Below are positions 19,615-32,641 of a stretch of 64,000 bases of DNA, one piece after another. Each line of letters starts with the position of its first letter. Position 1 is the first letter of the stretch. This DNA is from an uncultured delta proteobacterium. Its GTDB lineage: Bacteria; Desulfobacterota; Syntrophia; Syntrophales; UBA5619. Below the pieces are notes generated by a model that saw only the letters and a list, made by a program, of their open reading frames with translations, did no database searches and was not told where the DNA came from. The stretch spans positions 37,358 through 101,357 of the forward strand of contig CAWFOM010000008.1 in NCBI GenBank assembly GCA_963817385.1, read 5' to 3'. A program made the translations under genes and the position numbers.

Positions 19615-21935
19615 ATTCACTAATTATCGTTGAATCACCCACCAAGGTAAAGACCATCCGCAAATACTTGGGCGATGAGTATGATGTCCGCGCCTCCGTC
19701 GGTCATGTCAAGGACCTTCCGAAAAACAATCTGGGAATCGACACCGAAAAAGGTTTCGAACCCACCTATCAGGTCATGGAGAGCAAGAAAAAGGTGATCG
19801 CCGAGCTCAAGAAGGCGGCCGCCAAGGCGCAGCAGATCCTTCTCGCCCCCGACCCGGACCGGGAGGGGGAGGCCATCGCCTGGCACATCGCCGAGGAGAT
19901 CGGCGGCAAGGGAAGAACGATCCGGAGGGTCCTCTTCAATGACCTCACCCGGGAGACCATACTCGACGCGATCGCGCATCCCCGCGATCTCGACTTCAAC
20001 CGGTACGAGGCACAGCAGACCCGGCGGATCCTCGACCGGCTCGTCGGCTACCAGATCAGCCCCATCCTCTGGGAAAAGGTGAAACGGGGACTTTCCGCCG
20101 GTCGGGTCCAGTCCGTCGCCCTCCGGATTATCTGCGACCGGGAGGCGGAGATCCGCGCATTCCTCCCCGAGGAATACTGGAACCTTACCGCCCTGCTCGA
20201 AGGATCGAATCCGCCCCCTCTCGAAGCAAAACTGGCTAAGATCGATGGGAAGAAAGCGAAAATCGGCAACGGCGAGCGCTCCGCCGAGGTCGTGGCCTCG
20301 CTAAAGGATGCCCCGTTCATCGTCTCCGCGGTCGATAAGAAAGAGGTCAAGCGCCAGCCGCCCGCCCCTTTCACGACAAGCAAACTTCAGCAGGAGGCCT
20401 CCCGCTGGCTCCGTTTTTCGGCAAAAAAAACCATGTCGACCGCTCAACGGCTTTATGAAGGGATAGAACTCGGTCCCGAGGGTCCTGTCGGCCTCATCAC
20501 CTATATGAGGACCGACTCCGTCCGTATCGCCGCCGAGGCGATTAACGAGGCTCGGGAGTACATCGGGAATAACTATGATCCGGCGTTCCTCCCCCCCAAA
20601 GCGAGGATCTTCAAAGTCTCCGGGGGGGCTCAGGACGCACACGAGGCGATACGGCCGTCATCACTGGCCCATCCGCCTCAGACGATCAAGCAATTTCTTA
20701 CTCCCGACCAGTTCCGTCTCTACCAGCTCATCTGGAACCGGTTCCTGGCCTGTCAGATGAACCCCGCCCTCCTGGATCAGACCACCGTTGAGATCGCCGC
20801 CGCCAACTGTCTCTTCCGCGCCCAGGGATCGGTCATGAAGTTTCCCGGATTCACCGTAGTCTACACGGAGGGCAAGGAGGACAACGGCGAGGAGAACGGC
20901 TTCGGCAAACTCCTGCCCGATGTCCGGCAAGGGGAGGTCCTGAAACTGATCTCGCTCACGCCGGAACAGAAGTTCACCCAGCCGCCGCCCCGCTTCACCG
21001 AGGCTTCGCTTGTCCGCGAGCTGGAGGAGAACGGCATCGGCCGCCCCAGCACCTACGCCGCGATCAGCAGCACTATCCAGGAGCGGGAATACGTCCAGTT
21101 GGAAAAGGGAAAGTTCATCCCCACCGACCTCGGCATCCTGGTGACCGACCTCCTCGTCAAGAACTTTCCCCGCATCCTCGACGTGGCCTTCACCGCGTCC
21201 ATGGAGACGGAGCTGGACCGGATTGAGGAAGGCAAGACGAAACGACTCGACACCCTGAACAACTTCTACCGCCCCTTTATCGAAGAGCTGAGAAAGGCGA
21301 AGGCGAACATGCGCGACATCAAGCGGGAGGAGACCCCGACTGACCTCGTCTGCGACAAGTGCGAAAAACCGATGGTCATCAAATGGGGGAAGAACGGCCG
21401 CTTCCTGGCCTGCACGAACTATCCTGCCTGTAAGAACACCAAGAACTTCCGACAGGATGAAAAAGGAGAGATCCAGCCGGAGGAGAAGACAACGGACATC
21501 CCGTGCCCCCTCTGCGGCAAGCCGATGCTCGCCCGACAGGGACGTTTCGGTAAATTCCTCGGCTGTTCCGGTTATCCCGAGTGCAAGCATACGATAAACC
21601 TTGCCCCGGATGGGACGCCGGTAGTCTCCCCCGCAGAGGGGAAAGCACCCGACATCGTCTGTGACAAGTGCGGAAAGCAGATGGTCTTGAAACGAGGCCG
21701 TTTCGGCGCTTTTCTCGGCTGCTCCGGTTATCCCGAGTGCAAGAACATCGTCAAGGCCGGACCGTCGGGTCAACCGCTCGGAGCCGCTACGCCATCGGAG
21801 ATCTCCGATGTCCTCTGCGACAAGTGCGGAAAGCCGACCGCCGTGAAGCAGGGCCGCTATGGAAAATTTCTCGGCTGCACGGGCTACCCGGAATGCAAGA
21901 ACATCATGAAGTACCGGACCCCGGAAACGAAATGA
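19611..21935 (+). CDS. topA: DNA topoisomerase I with four C-terminal Zn ribbons
   Basis: [41 protein letters not shown]. Confidence 0.97.
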   Translation: MNSLIIVESPTKVKTIRKYLGDEYDVRASVGHVKDLPKNNLGIDTEKGFEPTYQVMESKKKVIAELKKAAAKAQQILLAPDPDREGEAIAWHIAEEIGGKGRTIRRVLFNDLTRETILDAIAHPRDLDFNRYEAQQTRRILDRLVGYQISPILWEKVKRGLSAGRVQSVALRIICDREAEIRAFLPEEYWNLTALLEGSNPPPLEAKLAKIDGKKAKIGNGERSAEVVASLKDAPFIVSAVDKKEVKRQPPAPFTTSKLQQEASRWLRFSAKKTMSTAQRLYEGIELGPEGPVGLITYMRTDSVRIAAEAINEAREYIGNNYDPAFLPPKARIFKVSGGAQDAHEAIRPSSLAHPPQTIKQFLTPDQFRLYQLIWNRFLACQMNPALLDQTTVEIAAANCLFRAQGSVMKFPGFTVVYTEGKEDNGEENGFGKLLPDVRQGEVLKLISLTPEQKFTQPPPRFTEASLVRELEENGIGRPSTYAAISSTIQEREYVQLEKGKFIPTDLGILVTDLLVKNFPRILDVAFTASMETELDRIEEGKTKRLDTLNNFYRPFIEELRKAKANMRDIKREETPTDLVCDKCEKPMVIKWGKNGRFLACTNYPACKNTKNFRQDEKGEIQPEEKTTDIPCPLCGKPMLARQGRFGKFLGCSGYPECKHTINLAPDGTPVVSPAEGKAPDIVCDKCGKQMVLKRGRFGAFLGCSGYPECKNIVKAGPSGQPLGAATPSEISDVLCDKCGKPTAVKQGRYGKFLGCTGYPECKNIMKYRTPETK

Positions 21936-23308
21936 CGGGTCCGTCCCCCGACTTGAGCTTCTTCTCGACTGAACCCATTACCGTTATCGGCGGAGGGCTT
22001 GCTGGCTGCGAAGCTGCGTGGCAACTCCTCAGGCGAGGCCACCGGGTCCGGCTCTGCGAGATGAAACCCGAGCGCTTTTCTCCCGCTCATAAATCTCCTC
22101 ACCTCGCCGAGCTCGTCTGCAGCAACTCGCTTAGGTCGTCCGCCCGGGAAAACGCCGTCGGCCTCCTGAAAGAGGAGATGCGGCAACTGGACTCGCTGAT
22201 CATGGCCGCAGCGGACAGGACGGCCGTACCGGCCGGTAAGGCGCTTGCCGTCGATCGCCATGCCTTCTCGCGCCTCATCGAGGAGCGGCTCGCCGCCCAG
22301 CCCGGGCTGGAGATGATCCGCGGGGAGGTCACTAACATTCCAGCGTCCGGGGTGGTGATCATTGCCACCGGCCCCCTCACCTCCGACGCCCTCGCAGGCA
22401 GGATCGCCGCTTTGACCGGCGGCGATTATCTCTATTTCTATGATGCAATCTCCCCGATCATCGAGGGCGAATCTATCGATCGGACCCGCGTCTTTGCGGC
22501 TTCCCGTTACGACCACGGGGAGGCGGATTACCTGAACTGTCCGATGGACCGTGAAACCTATGAGCGATTCTGGATGGCGGTAAGCGAAGCCGAAGAGGTC
22601 CCCCTGCACACTTTCGAGGAGATCAGGTGCTTTGAAGGATGTCTCCCCATCGAGGTGATCGCCCGGCGAGGGATCGAGACACTCACCTACGGACCGATGA
22701 AGCCGGTGGGCCTCATCGATCCCCAGACGGGCCGCCAGCCGTACGCCGTCGTGCAGCTCCGCCGCGAGGATAAGGAGGGCATCCTTTACAATATCGTGGG
22801 ATTTCAGACGAAACTGACCCGGCCGGAGCAGAGGCGCATCTTCCGGATGATCCCGGGACTGGAAAACGCCGAGTTCTCTCGGTACGGGAGCGTCCACCGG
22901 AACACCTTCATCAACGCCCCGGCTCTGTTGGTCTCCACCCTCCAGCTGAGGTCGGATCCCCGGCTTTTTTTCGCCGGACAGATCGCCGGTGTGGAGGGGT
23001 ATGTGGAATCGGCGGCGATGGGGCTCTTGACCGGGATCAACGCCTCCCGCCTCGTCACCGGCCGGGAGATCATCCCGCCACCACCGGAGACGGCTATAGG
23101 TGCACTGATCGGCCACATCGGGAACGCCGACAGCAAGACCTTCCAGCCGATGAACGTGACCTTCGGCCTCTTTCCTCCGCTGCAGAGTCGGATCTCCAAA
23201 AAACTACGGGGCGAGCACTATGCGCGTCGCGCCCTCGCCGCGCTCGCGTCATGGCAAATGCACATCGCTGAAAATAGCAGAGATGACGGCAGTTACCAAC
23301 AGGAATGA
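21932..23308 (+). CDS. trmFO: FAD/folate-dependent tRNA m5U54 methyltransferase
   Basis: [38 protein letters not shown]. Confidence 0.95.
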   Translation: MTGPSPDLSFFSTEPITVIGGGLAGCEAAWQLLRRGHRVRLCEMKPERFSPAHKSPHLAELVCSNSLRSSARENAVGLLKEEMRQLDSLIMAAADRTAVPAGKALAVDRHAFSRLIEERLAAQPGLEMIRGEVTNIPASGVVIIATGPLTSDALAGRIAALTGGDYLYFYDAISPIIEGESIDRTRVFAASRYDHGEADYLNCPMDRETYERFWMAVSEAEEVPLHTFEEIRCFEGCLPIEVIARRGIETLTYGPMKPVGLIDPQTGRQPYAVVQLRREDKEGILYNIVGFQTKLTRPEQRRIFRMIPGLENAEFSRYGSVHRNTFINAPALLVSTLQLRSDPRLFFAGQIAGVEGYVESAAMGLLTGINASRLVTGREIIPPPPETAIGALIGHIGNADSKTFQPMNVTFGLFPPLQSRISKKLRGEHYARRALAALASWQMHIAENSRDDGSYQQE

Positions 23309-23712
23309 ACCAGACCAAGCAATCTTGCCTAAATGTCTTTCTTTCCCCACAATCTGATGTTTAAAATATATTTTCAAAATTATAAATCGAAATCAGCACA
23401 CTCCACGATCTATGATTATCGGCACTATACCCCACATTTTGCAGTAAAAAGATATTACCGTTGGAACGATCAGCCTGCAGGATAACAAATAGTGTGAGGA
23501 TGATTATCATGCAAGATACTGTTAATAGATTTTTTTGTAGCAGTGCATTCTATTTCCTCCATAAGCTAAAGTTTTTACCTCTTCAATCCGAATATAGGAG
23601 TAATAGATGTCAATAGCTATCAAAGGGAGCTAAAACATGTTTTATCGAAATTTTGTGGGTTTCTCATGACCAACTTGATCATTTAAACTATATTATGCTT
23701 TGAGCGGTATTC

Positions 23713-23740
23713 TGGGTTCGATTCCCATGCACTTCCGCCA
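23713..23740 (+). other. 3' fragment of tRNA-Sec (selC), att-site-like scar
   Basis: TGGGTTCGATTCCCATGCACTTCCGCCA: T-arm plus CTTCCGCCA acceptor end typical of selC; no 5' half upstream. Confidence 0.7.
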
Positions 23741-23858
23741 TTGTTCTTTCATTATCAGTGAGATGCCTTTCATCAAAGCAAACATATGGTAAGAACTCAT
23801 TCTCTATTAGGAGAGATGAAATGATGAATTTTCCTTTTTATGGAATCAGGAGGAACTT

Positions 23859-24788
23859 ATGATGCTCCGTGAGATACAAAACATTCTTATGCAAGTAGAT
23901 TTTGAGAATGGACAGCTTCATTATCAGCAGTATAATAATATAACGAACATTAATAATTTCAAAGTTTTTGTAGATGTATTAAATGCGATTCCAATGTATC
24001 AGGATACTATACGTGCACTAAGGCAATCTGAAATCTATAGAACTTCATCTAATACTCTTAATATTGAAAATGATAAGGAAAGAAAAGCCATATTTTCTAC
24101 AGCTGCATATCTGTCAAATTCCGCTTACGAACTATTAAAAGTGTCAGACTGTCTATTAGACTCCCTAGGAGCTGAAGCAATATCTATTAGAAAGCCTGAT
24201 GAAAAGGATTTTGGAAGACTTGTTTCAGACATTGGCAACATTTATAAAGCGATCTCACAATTAATATTAAACGAAAAGATCAACGGAAAATTTATAATTA
24301 ATTCATGGGGAACCGGATCTAAATGGATCAATTTAAATTTAGGTTCATTGCTTGCAGTTACTATTGTAGCACACGTAGTTAGGGCAGGTGTAGTTGTTTA
24401 TAAAAAAGTCCAAGAAGGGAAGATATTTTGTGAATATGCCAGAGGTTTATCCTTAATATGCGAAGCACTAGATGATATTGCAAAAAAGCAATCCGAATTA
24501 TTAAATCAACTTGTAAATGAAGAAGCTAAGAGAATACAAGAGGAATTTTATAATGACGATAAAGATAATGAGTATCTTGAAAGAATTAAGTATTCTATTA
24601 AAATGTTTTCTGAGTTGATAGAACGAGGTACAGAAATTTATCCAGCGCATGCCACACCAGAAGATGTCAAAAATCTATTCCCTGATTTTGCTAAACTTGA
24701 ATTCATAACATCAAAGAAAACGCTTATGACAGTAATAAATGTTAATACTTTAGCGAACCAACAGATAGCACAGAACATCGTTTGGTAA
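23859..24788 (+). CDS. hypothetical protein (AT-rich, horizontally acquired)
   Basis: 309-aa ORF with AGGAGG RBS; no motif recognised. Confidence 0.7.
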   Translation: MMLREIQNILMQVDFENGQLHYQQYNNITNINNFKVFVDVLNAIPMYQDTIRALRQSEIYRTSSNTLNIENDKERKAIFSTAAYLSNSAYELLKVSDCLLDSLGAEAISIRKPDEKDFGRLVSDIGNIYKAISQLILNEKINGKFIINSWGTGSKWINLNLGSLLAVTIVAHVVRAGVVVYKKVQEGKIFCEYARGLSLICEALDDIAKKQSELLNQLVNEEAKRIQEEFYNDDKDNEYLERIKYSIKMFSELIERGTEIYPAHATPEDVKNLFPDFAKLEFITSKKTLMTVINVNTLANQQIAQNIVW

Positions 24789-24895
24789 GTGCGGCCGGAG
24801 TCGAACCCGAAATATATTTGATATCTTACCATCATTAGCAGGGTAATCAATTCGAGCACAAGGGCTTGAAAAAGGTTAGCTATAAGTTGGCAGGC

Positions 24896-24932
24896 AAAAA
24901 AAGAGGGGCTAACCAATACTCGTTAACCCCCC
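24896..24932 (-). terminator. intrinsic terminator after tRNA-fMet
   Basis: GGGGTTAAC-loop-GTTAGCCCC followed by T7 on minus strand. Confidence 0.6.
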
Positions 24933-24942
24933 CTGATTTAAC

Positions 24943-25019
<77 letters not shown>

Positions 25020-25091
25020 TCATCGCTCACTGCTTAAGTTTCTAATCCAGGTGATGAAAATTGTCAAGTTGTATTTCCTATTTTGTGTTTC

Positions 25092-25349
25092 CTATTTTCT
25101 CCCGATCACACCATACACATCAGGAGACCTCTCAAAGCCCGCGGATCACCAGAGTGTCCATCAAGAACCCAGACCACCTGGGATCTGACCCTCATGGGCA
25201 CCATGCTCCGGTCGTTTAGCAAGATTGACTAGTGCGCCGAAGGCGGTGTACTCCTTTTTCCACGGGAAATCAAAAACCCCAACCATCACCTCGCCGGTCG
25301 CGATCCCGATGCCGATGGATATCCTTCTGTGCACCTCAGCGATGCTCAC
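25092..25349 (-). pseudogene. class III adenylate/guanylate cyclase C-terminal remnant
   Basis: IGIGIATGEVMVG..KEYTAFGALVNLAKR..GQI, then in-frame stops and GFERSPDVYGVIGRK*. Confidence 0.7.
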
Positions 25350-25467
25350 GTTGATCCGAGCAATCCCCTCCAGCCGAAAAGAGGCGGGAAATCACGCCGG
25401 CCCGGGTAATCCGGCATAGGAAGTGTGATAGAGGCCGCTGAGGTAGAGATCCGCGGATCAGCGGCTC

Positions 25468-26061
25468 TCAAAAGACGAAGACAGCGACGGCGATGACGGT
25501 GGTGTACCCGTGCGACTGAACGATGCTTGACTGCGTGATGTTCCGGGTGCTGACGATCTTTCCGCTGATCTTGAAGATCTCCTTCTTTTCATCCCAACTC
25601 TCGTCGATATCGAAATCGATACCGAGGGTCGAGGCGAGCATGGCGGCGGCCAGGTCCTCCGCATAATCCCCCGCCTGACGCTGGGTCTGGCCGAAGGAGT
25701 GGTGTTCGCTGATGTAGCCGTAGGTCCGCTTGTCGGCGGGCACGGCGCACCCTACGGAGGCAGCGAGCAGGCGCCGCGGTTCATTGCTGCAGCAACGGCT
25801 GAGAACGCAATAGGTGATCGCGCCGGCATGCAGCTCTTTGAGGCCCCGAGCCCGGGAAATCACCTGGCAGCCGGGAGGCATGATGCTCGATACCTGGACC
25901 AGATTGCATTTTTCGATGCCGGCGGCCCGCAGCGCCAGCTCGAAGGAATGGAGTTCCTCCTTGTGGATCCCTACGCCCTTGGTGAAAAACATCTTCTTGG
26001 GTACATAAACAGACAATGGTTTCTTCTCCTCAACCGGCAGCGGCCCGGACCGGTCGTTCAT
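25468..26061 (-). CDS. pdaD: pyruvoyl-dependent arginine decarboxylase
   Basis: SFELALRAAGIEKCNLVQVSSIMPP (Ser-Ser self-cleavage site), YGYISEHH. Confidence 0.88.
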   Translation of the reverse strand: MNDRSGPLPVEEKKPLSVYVPKKMFFTKGVGIHKEELHSFELALRAAGIEKCNLVQVSSIMPPGCQVISRARGLKELHAGAITYCVLSRCCSNEPRRLLAASVGCAVPADKRTYGYISEHHSFGQTQRQAGDYAEDLAAAMLASTLGIDFDIDESWDEKKEIFKISGKIVSTRNITQSSIVQSHGYTTVIAVAVFVF

Positions 26062-26100
26062 TTTTTTTGTCCCGGCAGGTGAAAATATCTTTATGGAAGA

Positions 26101-26955
26101 TCAAGGCGTCGCCGACAAATAGCCCATGATCCGGTAGATCAGCTTGGACGCCAGAAAATCGGGGGCGACCATCCCCGGGATGGGGGCAAGCTCCACGATA
26201 TCAAATCCCCGTATCCGGCAGCGGTTCGACACCTCGCGGATCAGACGGATCACGTCCCTCCATGCGATTCCGCCCGGCTCCGGCGTCCCCGTGGCCGGCA
26301 TGACGGCAGGATCGAGGACATCGAGATCCACCGTGAGGTAGAGATCCCCATGCAGATCGTTTACGATCGTTTCACACCAGGAGCGGTTTTCGAGGATGAA
26401 GTCCGCCGAATAATTCTTCACTAGGCTTGCGGTCAGAAATTCCGCCTCCTCCATGCTCATACTCCGGATTCCCGCCTGGATGAGCGGACAGATCTCGCAG
26501 ATGCGGCGGGCAACGGCGGCGTGGCTGAACGGGGTTCCCTGGTACGTATCCCTCAGATCCGCATGGGCATCGAGTTGCAGGACGGTGATCTTCGGAAACG
26601 CCTCCCGCATCGCCTTTACCGCGCCGAACGAGATGCTGTGTTCGCCGCCGATCATCACCGGGATCTTCCCGTCGGCCGCGACGCCAGAGATGGTCCGACG
26701 GACGACTTCCATCATTTCAGCCGGCCCCCGCGCATCCGCATCAAGGGAGGGCAGGGTATGGATGCCGGATAAAAAGGTCTCCTTCCGGAGTTCCTCATCG
26801 TAAAGCTCCATGTTGGCGGAGGCTTCGAGAATCGCCCCCGGTCCCCGCCGCGACCCTGACTGGTAGGTCGATGTCAGGTCGTAAGGAACGGGTACAACGA
26901 CAAACTTCGCCTGTTCATATGCCGTGTACGCCTTTTCTATACCACCGTAATCCAT
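26101..26955 (-). CDS. speB: agmatinase
   Basis: GGEHS, DAHADLRD, DLDVLDP, TGTPEPGG. Confidence 0.9.
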   Translation of the reverse strand: MDYGGIEKAYTAYEQAKFVVVPVPYDLTSTYQSGSRRGPGAILEASANMELYDEELRKETFLSGIHTLPSLDADARGPAEMMEVVRRTISGVAADGKIPVMIGGEHSISFGAVKAMREAFPKITVLQLDAHADLRDTYQGTPFSHAAVARRICEICPLIQAGIRSMSMEEAEFLTASLVKNYSADFILENRSWCETIVNDLHGDLYLTVDLDVLDPAVMPATGTPEPGGIAWRDVIRLIREVSNRCRIRGFDIVELAPIPGMVAPDFLASKLIYRIMGYLSATP

Positions 26956-27028
26956 GATCCGTTTCCTAAAAAACAAGAGCGCGCTTTTAACATACCGCGA
27001 AGCCCTTGTCCAATTTTTTATGTTGTAT

Positions 27029-27346
27029 CTATTCAGGTGGCGGGATTTTCTTTCCGTCCGCTTCGAGGTAAGGGGGATTTTCCGTCGCCTTCATCTCGCG
27101 GCGGAGATCCCGGATCGTCTTGTTCAAACGGCTGATCGTCCGGGTAAGACGGAACCTCTCCACGATACCCATGAATCCCGCGAAGATCACCCCGGTCAGA
27201 AAGGTGATGAAGATCAGCATGTAGGTCGGGAGCCACCGTTCGAAGTAGTCGTAGTAGCGGAGCCGGATTGGCACCGTATTTTCCAGCGAAAATGTAATGA
27301 TGAAGATCACGATCAACGCCAGGACAATGGTATAAATGATTTTCAT
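27029..27346 (-). CDS. LapA/DUF1049 family membrane protein
   Basis: Two TM segments, FSLEN motif, C-terminal coiled coil. Confidence 0.7.
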   Translation of the reverse strand: MKIIYTIVLALIVIFIITFSLENTVPIRLRYYDYFERWLPTYMLIFITFLTGVIFAGFMGIVERFRLTRTISRLNKTIRDLRREMKATENPPYLEADGKKIPPPE

Positions 27347-27834
27347 CCGCCAACCTCCCGCTGAAATTTCTCAAAAATTGGTCTGAGCTGCCCGGCGGTT
27401 CCCGCCACATCCTCGGGGATGACACGGACCTCCCCGATGATGCTGATGAAGTTGGTGTCGCCAATCCATCTCGGTACGACGTGGATATGCAGATGATCAT
27501 CGATCCCCGCCCCCGCAGCCTTTCCCAGATTCATGCCGATGTTGAACCCCTCCGGGTTCATCGCCTCCTTCAAGACCCGAACGGAGAGATCCTGGAAGGC
27601 GAAGAGCTCCAGTCTCTCTTCAGTCGTCAGATCCTCAAGGCGGCAGATATGGCGGTGGGGAACGATCATCAGGTGGCCGCCCGTATAGGGATAGCGGTTC
27701 ATCATGACAAACGCGCTCTTCCCCTCGCAGACGACCAGTTCATCTCCCCGGAGCGAATCACGGCAGAGAACACAGCCTGCCGTCTTTCCGGATCGGATGT
27801 AGGCCATGCGCCAAGGCGCAAAGATCGTGTCCAT
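27343..27834 (-). CDS. HIT family hydrolase (Ap4A hydrolase/phosphorylase-like)
   Basis: APWRMAYI, CVLC, NRYPYTGGHLM, HLHIHVVPRW. Confidence 0.9.
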   Translation of the reverse strand: MDTIFAPWRMAYIRSGKTAGCVLCRDSLRGDELVVCEGKSAFVMMNRYPYTGGHLMIVPHRHICRLEDLTTEERLELFAFQDLSVRVLKEAMNPEGFNIGMNLGKAAGAGIDDHLHIHVVPRWIGDTNFISIIGEVRVIPEDVAGTAGQLRPIFEKFQREVGG

Positions 27835-28190
27835 CGCTTATGTCCCCAAATAATCGGTTATCCCGCACCTCGATGATCTCCCCGGCAATCGCCTCTCCGC
27901 CGGGAAGATTGCCAATCGGGTGAACGGGATAAACCGATTGCTGACGGTCGAAACGGGAGAGTCATGGCATTCACCTCCCTTTCCACGATCGACCGATGGC
28001 GCATACATGAACGAGTATCGCAATTCCCCCACCCTCCATCCGGATTTCCTTTCGCAGTCGGCATGTGATTATAGCGACGCGCATCAAAAAGACAAGGATT
28101 ATTTCGGGCCTGCCCGCGCCGGCCACGGTTTCGATTTGACTTTCTGCACATGTACGGTTAGGATAGCGTGCCACAGTCACATAAGGAGTA

Positions 28191-30777
<2,587 letters not shown>

Positions 30778-30875
30778 TTCCCCCTTGAATCCCCTAGTCC
30801 ATCTTGATGACAGGAAAGACCAGGAGACAGATGATCCCCCGGCATCATGGCCGGGGCGTCTCCCTTCCCTTTGCC

Positions 30876-32057
30876 TTACCGGAACTCCTTGAGGACTTCT
30901 CCAAACCCTTCAATGGCGCCGAGGATCGTGGCATCGTCGACGCAATAGGCGATCCGGATGTGGCCGGGACCGCAGAACCCGCTCCCGGGGACGGTCAGGA
31001 TCCGCCGCCCTTGGAGTGCGTCCGCAAAGCGGACGTCGTCCGCGATAGGAGTCCGGGTGAAGAGGTAAAAGGCCCCGTCGGGCTTGGTCACCCGGTAGCC
31101 GACGGATGCGAGTCCGTCGCAGAGGAGGTCGCGCTTCCGTCGATAGGTATCCACATCGACCTTCACCCCCTGGAGACCGGCGATGGCGCGCTGCATCAAG
31201 GCGGGGGCATTCACAAAGCCGAGGATCCTGTTGCAGAGGGTAAGGCCTCCCATGATCTCATCGAGGGCGGCAATGGCCTGATTTACCGCGATATACCCGA
31301 TCCTCTCGCCGGGAAGAGAAAGGCTCTTTGAGAAGGAGGAAGCGATGAAGCTGTGGGGGTAGGCGGCCAGTACGCTCGGCACGGTCAACCCATCATAAAC
31401 GATCTCGCAGTACGGTTCATCGGAGATGATGTAGATTTCCCGTTTGAGCTCCACTCCCTTTTGGGTGAGGAGCGTTGCCAACCTGTCGATGCTTCCCTGA
31501 TCGTATACCCTTCCCGTGGGGTTGTTCGGAGAATTGATCAGCACTGCTTTAGTTTTCTCCGTAATAGCCCCGCTGATCTCGTCGAGATCGAGGGAAAAAT
31601 CCTCCCGCGTCGGGACGATCCGTGCAACTCCACCCGCATTGTCCACATAGAAGCGGTACTCCACGAAGAATGGCGCCGGGATGATCACCTCTTCGCCGGG
31701 ATCCAGAAGCGTCTTGAAGATCACATTGAGGGCACCTCCCGCCCCACAGGTCATTACGATCTGGTCTCCCGTAAGCGTCACCCTCCTTGAAGAACTCAAT
31801 TCCGCCGCGACTGCCGCACGTGTCTCCGGATAGCCGGCATTCGGCATATACATATGCTTCCCGGGTATCTCAGCCGAGGCGAGCAGCCGGAGCCGCTCAT
31901 TGAAGGCCTCCGGCGGGTCGAGATTCGGGTTCCCGAGACTGAAATCAAATACATTACCCGCCCCATACCGTTCCTTTAGGCGCACCCCTTCTTCGAACAT
32001 CTTTCTGATGAAGGAAGACTGGGAGATGAAGCCCTTTATCTTCTTTGCGATTGCCAT
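30876..32057 (-). CDS. PLP-dependent class I/II (aspartate-type) aminotransferase
   Basis: NSPNNPTG, SDEPY, SFSKSLSLPGERIG. Confidence 0.9.
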   Translation of the reverse strand: MAIAKKIKGFISQSSFIRKMFEEGVRLKERYGAGNVFDFSLGNPNLDPPEAFNERLRLLASAEIPGKHMYMPNAGYPETRAAVAAELSSSRRVTLTGDQIVMTCGAGGALNVIFKTLLDPGEEVIIPAPFFVEYRFYVDNAGGVARIVPTREDFSLDLDEISGAITEKTKAVLINSPNNPTGRVYDQGSIDRLATLLTQKGVELKREIYIISDEPYCEIVYDGLTVPSVLAAYPHSFIASSFSKSLSLPGERIGYIAVNQAIAALDEIMGGLTLCNRILGFVNAPALMQRAIAGLQGVKVDVDTYRRKRDLLCDGLASVGYRVTKPDGAFYLFTRTPIADDVRFADALQGRRILTVPGSGFCGPGHIRIAYCVDDATILGAIEGFGEVLKEFR

Positions 32058-32351
32058 AGGACACACCTTTCATTCAATATCCGTCAGTCATGGCCGATGG
32101 GAGCAGTCCGATCGTGGAGCGCGATTTTGAGTCTCACGGCCCGCCCCCTCTGTCAAGAAAAAATTGTTACGCCTTCTCATAATCTTCTGATCGGCGATGA
32201 ATAGTGATGCCGGTAGATTGGTGGATATTACCTAATTCGCCTTGACACTTCGCGAGGATTCCCCTAATATCGCACACGTTGAAATCATGGGGCGATCTCC
32301 TGCCGGAGAGCAACGAGAAGGTGATCGTCTCATCAAAAAGAGGTTCAAATC

Positions 32352-32573
32352 ATGCCGATTTATGAGTACCGCTGCCGCAAGTGCGGCGAGGACTTTGAGG
32401 TCCTCTTCCGAAACCGCGACGAAGAGATGTGCGTTACCTGCCCGAAATGCAAATCGACCAGAACGCAGCGGCTCATGTCCGCTTTTGCCGGAAAGATCGG
32501 AAATACCGCCGGCGGCGATGCATCCTGCGGGAGTTGTGCGGCGACGAGTTGCGGCCCCTCCTGAGGGCATTGA
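32352..32573 (+). CDS. FmdB-family zinc-ribbon protein, probable selenoprotein (Sec at TGA 32562-32564)
   Basis: MPIYEYRCRKC...CPKC; tail CGSCAATSCGPS-TGA-GH-TGA; SECIS-like hairpin downstream. Without read-through it ends at 32564. Confidence 0.8.
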
Positions 32574-32578
32574 CCCTG

Positions 32579-32597
32579 TCACGGCCGTGGGCCGTGA
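32579..32597 (+). promoter_or_regulatory. candidate bacterial SECIS element
   Basis: TCACGGCC-GTG-GGCCGTGA; loop begins with GU, 22 nt after the TGA. Confidence 0.6.
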
Positions 32598-32641
32598 AAA
32601 CTCTTCATTTCCCTGTTCCCCTTGCGAAGGAGATTGCACCC

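Larger units (their letters stand above)
23309..24895. mobile_element. AT-rich islet remnant downstream of tRNA-fMet
   Basis: Abrupt compositional shift, tRNA 3' fragments, orphan ORF; no integrase seen. Confidence 0.55.

Noticed and set aside
21340..21910. Repeated CTCGGCTG..CGG.TA.CC.GA.TGCAAG units resembling a repeat array
   Set aside because: They encode the TopA Zn-ribbon repeats (FLGCxGYPECK) in frame; spacing is too long for CRISPR.
32429..32641. N-terminal extensions in the ORF track (adk here; likewise trmFO from 21668, kdsD from 11787, xerD from 55530)
   Set aside because: They overlap upstream genes or lack family similarity; downstream starts fit RBS and family N-termini better.
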